Shown: positions 54,201-64,000 of the stretch, one piece after another | How positions within the stretch are numbered: position 1 is the first letter of the stretch | Layout: each line of letters opens with the position of its first letter | Assembly: GCF_006345805.1 (NCBI RefSeq) | Contig: NC_043005.1 | Span: forward strand, 53,196,001-53,260,000 | From: Octopus sinensis | Lineage: Eukaryota | Length of the DNA: 64,000 nt | Direction of reading: 5' to 3' | The notes under the pieces: model-generated | What the model was told of the DNA's origin: nothing | Databases searched by the model: none | The model's input: the letters and a program-made list of their open reading frames with translations, nothing else | Position numbers and translations under genes: made by a program

Positions 54201-54679
54201 ACAACAATATAAACTTTTTAAAAATCTGTTGTAATTTGAACTACAAATGGATACATTGTTTCATCCAGCCCTCAATTAAACTCTTCAGTTCCAAAATATA
54301 AAGGCAATGCTAATATACAGTCATTCAAAAGCATTTATTGTTTGTCACATGATTCATCTCACACTTCTATTTATTATTGATTTCCATTTATTTTTAAGTA
54401 TTATTTTCTGAACTTCATATTCCAATATTTCATTATTTGTCATGATTTATCACATATAGACAACTCATTGTATTTGTCTGAAGCCCTTCATCAACATAGT
54501 ATCATTTAATCCTTTTTTGATAACGTGTCTAATAAAAACTATCGACTATTATATTGAAAAGTAGAAACAATAACACGTAGCCGTGTTTGATTCTTGTTTC
54601 CATATAATTTCAGATACAGTTCAACATATTATGTTCGTTATACTGAAGTCCACCATATTTTAGTTGATCTACGCGAATG

Positions 54680-55000
54680 CATACAGATCATTGGCTGAGA
54701 TGTTTTTTTTGCTTCCAGAATGTTAATGCTCATATCACTCGTCTATTGTGATTGTTATTTCAGTAGCCAGTAATCCAATTTCGTGTCTTGACTATCTTTT
54801 CAAATCCTATTCGGTTGAGAAACCTCTCTTACCTGGTTATTAATCTATCATCTGCTCCGGAGTTCTAATCAAATATCCTCAAGATCCATCTAATTTACTA
54901 TTGAATACACTCATCTAATGTTATAGTCTCTATGCTTTCTATTGGCTCTTATTTGCTCAAATTTCATTAAGCTCTTTTAAGGCTTTCTCGAGCTGTAACA
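54680..55000 (-). mobile_element. Very old non-LTR RT N-terminal remnant (R4-like)
   Basis: TITLDE and RTPGAD (K.PG.D-like) motifs, frameshifted. Confidence 0.35.
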
Positions 55001-55619
55001 ATAGTTAGTTGATGAACACTTGCTTTTCTGATGTTTTAGAATTTAAAAATTTCTTTCACTCTATTTTTTGCCTGTTACTATCCTAGAACCTATAGCTACC
55101 AAATTTTCTTTAAGTATCCAACTCCACTTCTTGGCTACTTCAGTAATATTACTGAGAAACAACTTATATTGATAAATGATAAATCATTGCATTGTTTTTC
55201 CAATAAAGAAAACATTCTTTGATGAAAATGCAACACCGTATTCTGTAGTAATCGATTATTATTGTTATTTGATAATGCTTTTTTGACCTGGGTGAGTCTA
55301 ACATCGACTTCAGTCACAGCTTGGTCACCAATTTGTGATGGTCAATTCATATATCACTTCCATAATATAATCGTACATCCATCAATCCCTATCTCTATCG
55401 AATTGTGGGCATGTTTATGTAGAAAAGTGTGCACTGTGTCAATATACCACTGCAGAGAATAATAGTCGACTACAGCTAAGTTCTTGACACATTTTTTTTA
55501 CTATGTATACTGAAAGATAGTCTAATAGGGCATTCAACCAACAAGAAATAGCATCTACATCATCCTAAATGTCACATCCCGCCGTTTTTCAAACAACAAA
55601 AGATTTACTAGATATCTTC

Positions 55620-55960
55620 AAACTTTTGGGATGGGCACCGCTGGAATGAATTTGAGCAAAGGTCTTTTGATAAGCGTGCAGAAATGAGTATCATCTACAC
55701 ATACACACACACTCATATATATATATTTATGTATGTAGGTATGTATGTGTGTGTGTGTTATATCAAATGTATATCTTATGAAACTATTCAACATATACAA
55801 CAGCCATAGCAACCTAACACACCTCTATCATCAGCTTCCCCACGGATATCACTATGGTTTCGACAACTGGGAAGTACCAGTCTATCCGGCAATGTCAACA
55901 GCACTAAAACATGTGCTGTTTGGGAACAAATATACCTTAAATATCACCACATTCATTCAG
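55620..55960 (-). mobile_element. Penelope-like RT remnant, interrupted by microsatellite
   Basis: SAVDI..PVVETI (S.DV.SL.T..P..ETI), VAM, then VDDTHF..F. Confidence 0.45.
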
Positions 55961-56046
55961 TCATAATTCTAGGAGTGGTTAAACGCTGACATTTTTAATT
56001 AAACTACAAAGTAACCACATTTACTCTATGTACAAAACAGTATCGG

Positions 56047-56093
<47 letters not shown>

Positions 56094-56200
56094 TAAATTA
56101 GAGATAAAACCACTATTAGGCAAATCAAACAGTGAAAAACATAAACCAAAACATAAAAATAGATAAGTTTGGATTTACTCCCTAATATTATTATTATTAT

Positions 56201-56755
56201 TGAGTGAGAGAGCAGTGCATGCCATCAAAGTGACACTGGGGTAAAATATACGAAGCCCAATATACCCATCATGACTACCCGTCTGATAAAGGTACACCAG
56301 GCACATGCATCACAACCATATGTGCGCGACATGGTGATCTCATATCAAGATAAACAGCACATGACCTAGCAGGTGGGGCCCAGTTAGAATTTTCTTCAGG
56401 TTGAGTAGCCCATCCCGCTCAAAAGGTCTCTGAATAAGGGTTGTTTAAGGATGTTGAAAGAACCACCCATGTTTCCAGAGGTGAATTATTCAAACCCCAA
56501 AGAATCCCCCCCAACACATGGCCATGATGCTCCCCCACTACTTCTGCTCGTGATCAGAGATGCACATATCGTCAGCCACTAAGGGACATGCTCAACTGGT
56601 TAAGGTCAAACAACTGACAAGCAAATCTGTGGTATTGAGCAGAATATTTGCTGTAGCCCATCTTTTATACCAAGACAAAACAATGTACATGATAACACTT
56701 CCAATCAGTCAAGATCAGAAGCCATGAGAGCCACTGCCTGGTACTGCATCAGGGC

Positions 56756-56758
<3 letters not shown>
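56201..56758 (-). mobile_element. 558-bp non-coding element embedded in (ATT)n
   Basis: Sharp, GC-richer island with (ATT)n on both sides and no ORF; orientation inferred from the (AAT)n tail after CTCTCACTC. Confidence 0.7.
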
Positions 56759-56991
<233 letters not shown>

Positions 56992-57576
56992 CAACAGACT
57001 ATATAAGGCTAAGAATAACAATGCATTACAGTCCGGTGATGACTTAACTGGTCAATACATCGAAGTCACTGTGAATACTATTCTTGTAAAAGAATAATAA
57101 ATTTACTGTAATAAGGTTAATGCAAATTTGTTTTAATTATAGCTATACATTAAAATAAGAATTAATATATATAAATAGGGATATGTTCGAGAAAAAAATT
57201 CAAGAAAAAACTTGCAGCGAAAAAAATTGCAGCGAAAAATATGAAAATAAGGGAAATGCTCAGGAATCTTATGTTGAACAAAACGAGTATACATATTTTT
57301 ATGAAACAGAACATTTACATAGTCGACCTGTTTGTTTATGCTAATAAAGACTAAGTACTTAGTGATAATGTTACAGTTCCATGTTATCATGATAAGTCAG
57401 AGGAGGGATATTTTGTAAATGAATCGGAAGAAAAATAATATATTTTGGGCAAGGTAATTAGTGATTATTATTAACATCAGGGTGGATAATTACCCGTTTC
57501 CCTGAAAGTAAATTGCTTATATTAAGACTAAAAGTTAAAAAGAACTCTCATAGTCTAAAATTGGATATAAGTTCAT

Positions 57577-57960
57577 ATTAAGGAACAGTTGATATTTTTG
57601 AATAAATGTAGTCTCTTTATCCAAACATTGTTCGACAGAATTTGCTTCCTTGCATCGGTACATGAGTAAAACTTTAAAGTTTATTTTGAGACTCTCCGCA
57701 CATCTCTATGTTTTCATTTAATAGTATTTGTCTATATCTTGGGGAAAGTAATGGTTCCTTATGCAGTGTTATTCTCCGCTTGAGAGACATTCTTGTTTTT
57801 CTTATATAGTTGTGTTCCCATCCCGAAAAAGTTGTGATGAAAAGTAAATTTTCGGATGTATAGGTAAAGTCAGTTTTAATTTCAAATTTTTGTCCGTTTT
57901 TAAACTAAAATTCTCAAGTGTCCATTAGGTTGGGATGTATTCCACAGTTAGGTCGCTTGC
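57577..57960 (-). mobile_element. Penelope-like element GIY-YIG endonuclease domain
   Basis: NGQKFEIKTDFTYTSENLLFITTFSGWEHNYIRKTRMSLKRRITLHK..CLDKETTFIQKYQLFLN (decayed ..IY.ITC..C...YIG.T...L..R...H). Confidence 0.88.
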
Positions 57961-58064
57961 AATTTTTAAACAAATCAACCCCGTTTGTCAAGCAGTGTTG
58001 GGGACAAACAAGCACACAAAGCTAAACACATACATACTTGCATAATACATATACATATATAATC

Positions 58065-58167
<103 letters not shown>

Positions 58168-58170
58168 ATG

Positions 58171-58219
<49 letters not shown>

Positions 58220-58236
58220 GTATGTACATACACATT

Positions 58237-58270
<34 letters not shown>

Positions 58271-58272
<2 letters not shown>

Positions 58273-58401
58273 CAACGGGACTCTTTCGGTTTCTATCTAC
58301 CAGATCCGCTCATAAGTCTTTAGTCGGCCTGGTGCTATATTAGAAGACACTTGTCCAGGGCTCCACGTGGAACCACGTGGCTGGAAAGCAAGCCTCTTAC
58401 C
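58271..58401 (-). mobile_element. SINE family B 5' fragment, internally deleted
   Basis: GAAGACACTTGTCC and GGAACCACGTGGCTGG match 19497-19907. Confidence 0.75.
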
Positions 58402-59314
58402 TCAAACACACACGCTCGCACGCACGCACACATGCGTTTGTGAGTATGTTTGTAGTAATAATTTCTTGATATATGAAGTTCTTTTTATAAACAATTTAAG
58501 GAGAGAGGGAGACAGAGTAAGACAAAAAGTTTAACACAATATCCTGACAGGTTGTTCTGCAATATGGTCGTCAAATACACCTTAAAGAACATGCACAGGT
58601 GAATGTTTTGCAGTCTACAGTAGTGGAACGAATTACAACCAGAATAACACAGTTCAAGACCCTAGCCATTCTTACCAGCACCTCACTTCCCCATATTCAC
58701 ACACACATAAAAATAAATGTTACAAATTGCAGAACCTGCGTATAGAAACAAGACTTGAACTCTGATCCTCAAGTTTTCAAATATGATATTCTATCACGAA
58801 ATAAGTTACTTATTTCACTTCAGTGGAAAAAAAGAGCATCTACAAAAATCACAGTGAACACAAACAAGCTCTCATTCGCAAAGAAACAAACAGAAAAGTA
58901 TATAAAACTAAAATCAAAAGACAGACAAACAATAAAAGAAAAAAAATGAGGAAAGAAAACTAAAATGGGGAAAGGATAATATTCTGGGGGTTAGATGTGT
59001 GATGGAAGACAAAATGAAATGACGAGAAAACTTAGGGCTCAGGTGTAAAACAAGGGTAAGATAAGCGCTAATAACGGAAGACAAAGTCCGTGCGTTGATC
59101 TGTGACAGAATGATGGTAATTATTTCAACGATGAGATGCGATGTGAAAATAGGAGAAGTGGTTAATACTAGGTCACATTATGTCTGTGTGTTTGTGTGTG
59201 TGTGTATGTGTGTATGTGTGTGTGTTCTTATCTGTCATAATGCATATGAGCTTGTTATGGAGTGACAGTGCGCATGCTTGATACATTTTTATAAGTGTGT
59301 GTGAGTGTATGTAT

Positions 59315-59407
<93 letters not shown>

Positions 59408-59721
59408 AATGTATACCTACACATGGGTCTGCGTGCAGCTTTTACTGAATCTGTGTATCTACGAGTATCTAACGTGTAGATTATAATGTAAAATTACTTA
59501 GGTACTCAACCAAATAAATATCTATATGAATGTATTTTTGTGTGTCTGTGTTTGTGTGTGTGTTAGTGTGTGCGTGCGTGTGCGTATTTTTGTGTGTAAA
59601 TGTATATATATATATATATATGACCATACATGCACATACATACATACATATATATATATACACAAGTATATGTAATTAGAAACAAAGCATACACTGCGTA
59701 CATTTTACTAACACAACAGCA

Positions 59722-59771
<50 letters not shown>

Positions 59772-59782
59772 CATTACCACTA

Positions 59783-59838
<56 letters not shown>

Positions 59839-60031
59839 CTTATATGCATTATTCATAGACTTTCGCACTCACATACAAATTGTATTATCTATATATCTAT
59901 CAACAACCACGCATACGTGTGCGAGCGTGTGTGTATGTATGTGCATTATATATATTATAATATTAATATCTATTTATACGGTGAATATGCATACATACGT
60001 ATATGTACATATACCTGTAAATAATATATGC

Positions 60032-60199
<168 letters not shown>

Positions 60200-60994
60200 A
60201 TATGTATGTATGTATGTATGTATATGTATGTATATGATCCCGTACACACATGCACGCACGTTTGACCGTATTGTGAATTTCGAACCAAATCAAGAAAAAT
60301 AAGTATAAATTAACGCACGCACACACTCACACATGCACACACCCACACGCACATTCGCACACATGTACACACGCACACACACACACACACATACACACAC
60401 AACAGCACACATATACACACAAACACTTACTATAGCGTATACAAGAAGAAAAAACGACGACAAGCAAAAATAGTTATTTCTTCAGTGCATGGTAATTTCT
60501 TATGCTAGTCAAGTGTGAAAGATGAACTACAATCAAAGATGCTTCCAATTTCTGAGATTGACAGAGGATGAAAATATGGTAAGCTGCTACTGGAAAAGTA
60601 TTATTACTCACCAGACTTAAAAATGTTTCAACAATGACCGATATGTGAACTTTGAAGTTATTTTGCAGAAGCTGTTCTACTTTTTCACACACTTAATCAG
60701 TAGAGAGTTTTCTGTGCCAATTTTGTAGCTAGACTCTTTATTTGCTATAAAAGAAATCAGATAAATATTGAAATCTATGCCAAATCTTTCTATAGATGAA
60801 CTTAACCGGTTATATCGCAAAGAATTCTTTATATATATCGTATTTAATGTTGTACGAATTGCATATTTCTAGATGATTAAAAGCTAAATAATTTTTCCCA
60901 TAAGATTTTTTTTTTTTGCTGTAAAGAATTGCAGAAAAATCATGCTTTATAATTATTTCCCTTTGTTGGTTATCATTGTTATTTTTTATGAGTC

Positions 60995-62200
60995 TCATCT
61001 GCAGTACCGAACACAGCTTTGTGGGCCCTGTGTTTCTGTAGTGTTTCGTTCTGATGTTATTTTCTATTGTATTGGCAATACTCCACAGATTATGTTTGTT
61101 GTGTCTGGTAGGGCTATTTCCTGTATTTTGTGCATATTTTAAAGTTGTAGTGTTTTGATTATGTATTGACTGGATGCGCGGTTTCCATCCTTTCGAAGGG
61201 ATCTAATTTTATAAGGACTGTTTACGTTTTTCAGTCGCGACAGTCAGTACTTCTCTATTTTTAGATTCTTATGTTTGTATAGTTTCTCATATTTTTCTTA
61301 CTTTTATTTTATCGTATTTTTTTTTTGAGCAAGAATTTATCGTACTTTAGGAGCCGTTTTCTTTCTTGGTCCCGATATTAAGTGTATCTCTATTTCTAGA
61401 TCTTTATATTCGGATAATATCTCAATTTATCTCAGAGATGCATTTCCGTTTGTTGAGTTACGAGGCATTTTCTTTCCCTTAGTGCCTCTTGACAAAAATA
61501 TTTGGTTGATTAGATTTCATCTCCCGATGTTGAGTGTCATATCTCAAAGTATTTTTAGTTTGTCATTCTCTGATACATTTTTTTCGTATATATTAACAAG
61601 ACCTCTTTTCTATGGTATTCCATGACGATGCCATAACTTCAAATGCAAGAATGTTCCAGTTCCATCAAGTCTTTAGATTTATAATTTCTTAGCTTGGACT
61701 GGACAGTCAGTGACAATTTAGATAGCAGTTTGTTCCCAACATTCACGTCTTATAAAGACAGTTAATATACTCTGTTACTTTATATTTTTACATGTTGGTA
61801 TTTTTAATCCTGTACGGCAATAATGGTATTTGCAGTCTCAAACTTGAAGTCTGCGCTTCTCGGCTGATGTTGAGACTTTGATTTCATTTTGTTCACTTAG
61901 TTTCTTTTTTTCAAACACTGATCAAATAAGAACTTTTTCAGCAGCTCTTTACCATCGCATTTTCTGGTTTCAATGTTAGCCAAGATTTTAGGTTCTTCAC
62001 AATGTACAATTCTGTTCGCTTTTCTCTTGACAATTGGTTCGTATTTGTTTACTTCTTTGGAAACAAGAATGTTTAATTTGCTGGTGGCTTATAGCTATTT
62101 CTATTAGTTCTCTATTGCAAGTTGCATAACTGTCCTTATCGAGGTGTATTTCCAGATAAGTATATTCTTTCTATGACTTTTGGCGGCAAATGGTGCATGG
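60995..62200 (-). mobile_element. Old R4/Dong-type LINE 3' portion
   Basis: FETANTIIAVQD, IVTDCPVQAK (zinc knuckle), ENDKLKIL*D, EYKDLEIE; 3' UTR similar to 32400-32487. Confidence 0.75.
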
Positions 62201-62465
62201 AGTTAGAAGTTTTCATTTTTTTATATTTTTGTGTGGTCTTCATAATTTTCAATCTAGTTATTATAACTCTAACGTATTGCTCAGAGGAGTAGGAAATTCT
62301 TGTCTAGTTCCGTTTTTTTTTTGCATTAGATGTATTTTAAGTATTATTATTATTAGGTGTGTATAATACCCCTCTCAAACTTTATTTTGATCTGCGTGTG
62401 TTATGCATTGTGCAGTTAGTTTATTGATTCTTAACTATTTCTAAGTAACTGTTGGACCTAATTGT

Positions 62466-62738
62466 AGATACCCTTCCCCCACCCCTAACCCTAACCCTAA
62501 ATCTAACTAACCCTAACCCTAAAACATATTGAAATGCAGTAGATCGATACTAGGGTTATAATTATGAGTGACAATTTCATACGACACCGCTACGGAAAAT
62601 GGGATTGTTTTCTAGCGGTGTCAAATAAAAATGTCACCCATAATTATAACCCTAGTATCGATCTATTGCATTTCAATCTGTTTTAGGGTTAGGGTTAGTT
62701 AGGGTTAGGGTTAGATTAGGGGTGTGGGAAGGGTATCT
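62466..62738. repeat. Inverted repeat (arms about 130 bp) with TTAGGG-type repeats near the outer ends
   Basis: AGATACCCTT..(CCCTAA)n..GACACCGCTA mirrored by TAGCGGTGTC..(TTAGGG)n..AAGGGTATCT; spacer about 62600-62607. Confidence 0.95.
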
Positions 62739-63189
62739 TTTTTTCTTCGCAAATGTAAATAAACCCAATCTGTTTCTTAAAGGAGGGACATATTCATACA
62801 GCACGGAATGTTGTTTACCTAAATGGACGTATTTGATTGGTTAAAATTGCCGAAATGCTCGAAATTAAAGTCGAAATATGTTACAACATATAGAATTTTC
62901 TCAATAAAGCCCAGAAAAAATGATGTTTTATAAACACATTCTACCAGTATACGAAGTTTAAAAGTGTTTAGTTAACTAGAAATTGTGTTGAAAACTGCCG
63001 TTCAAAAGGAAAAGATCCGAGTAGAAATAGTAAAGGAGAAGAGTGCGCATCATAATTAATAAGTTAAACTTACTTGGAAAAGGATGCGTGGCGTTCGATC
63101 ATATAATAATATAAATAATATGTAAATATATGCATATATACATACATATACGTACATACCTACATACATATGTATATATACATGCATAT

Positions 63190-63390
63190 ATGGGTAAAGG
63201 ACATCAAATAAACGTGGAACACAATGAGAAACGAAAACATAAAGACAAAAACATAGAAACGAACTTTTTTTCAAACAACGAAAAAAAACAGAGTACAAGA
63301 CATACAACACAAGGAATATTCCCCTTCTTCAGTTGTATCGGTTTCATCTAGTCCGCGTTACGAAGGTAAGGACAAGACGCGATTTCGTTG
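63190..63390 (-). mobile_element. Short non-coding repeat, family F
   Basis: Homologous to 43690-43850 and 44585-44720. Confidence 0.8.
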
Positions 63391-63566
63391 AAAAAATATA
63401 TATTTATATATATATCATTATATATAAATAAAATTTTATACACAACCGAAAGTTATATAACGAATAAACAGAGCCTGAAAGATTGCTTGAAGATACAAGC
63501 CGTATTTTATAAATGCGCATGTTCAAGTAACATAAAAACATGAAATTTTGTTGATTCTATCTCTAC

Positions 63567-63613
<47 letters not shown>

Positions 63614-63696
63614 ATATATATATATTGTATATAAATAAACATACATTCATTATGCACATACATCTGCACATCTTTATACATATGCGAGTAAACATT

Positions 63697-63895
63697 TACG
63701 AGGTGGCATCAAAATAGCTATGATTGATAAAAAAAATTACTTATTTACCTTTGGTTTAGCATCATCCCTTCCGAAAGAGTCTCCTTGCCAAGCAATACAC
63801 CGGTCCCAGCCACTTTTGAAATCCGGCCTGGAAACTGTTTCCGTAAGCGAGTGGAGGACCTTCTGCACTTCACTCTGGATCTTGACAACGGTGTT
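63697..63895 (-). mobile_element. mariner 3' end with terminal repeat start
   Basis: TACGAGG terminus; minus translation ..WDRCIAWQGDSFG resembles the RW.KC....GDYFE mariner end. Confidence 0.65.
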
Positions 63896-64000
63896 ATAAC
63901 GGGACTGAACCCGGAACTATTTTGTTAGGAAGCAAGCTTCTTACGACACATCCACACCTGTTCCTATATAGTGCATGTCTCTATATAAATGTATATATAT

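Noticed and set aside
56370-56440. HDV-like ribozyme in the 558-bp element (CTAA motif on the minus strand)
   Set aside because: I could not build P1, P3 or P1.1 pairings by hand.
57030-57070. TGATGA-C..GTC hammerhead-like motif
   Set aside because: It lacks C3 and GAAA and has no stem I, so it is indistinguishable from chance.
62466-62738. True telomere or telomere fusion site
   Set aside because: There are only a few interrupted units inside complex inverted arms, and a fusion would show long TTAGGG then CCCTAA meeting at the centre.

Overview
AT-rich, microsatellite-saturated animal genomic DNA. The (AT)n/(ATAG)n/(AAT)n load and the SINE families suggest an octopus or other coleoid cephalopod (inference). 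I recognise no host protein-coding gene, and almost all ORF-track entries are microsatellite translations. The window is a dense transposon graveyard. It holds several tRNA-headed SINE families, about eight R4/Dong-type (REL endonuclease) LINE fragments, three Tx1/L1-type fragments, an RTE 3' end, Penelope-like (PLE) GIY-YIG and RT remnants, Tc1/mariner, MULE, possible hAT and piggyBac remnants, and a compact Helitron. The most interesting layer is non-coding. At least three unrelated short repeat families carry minimal type-I hammerhead-like folds with non-standard cores. Two families have a U3/A8 swap of the C3-G8 pair and sit in long fold-back palindromes (44008-44443; 50383-50783 and 52398-52839). 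One family has U at position 6 (9133-9170, 39011-39046). This looks like a Penelope-driven set of ribozyme-bearing non-autonomous elements, but activity is untested. All alignments and folds were done by eye, and boundaries are approximate unless stated.
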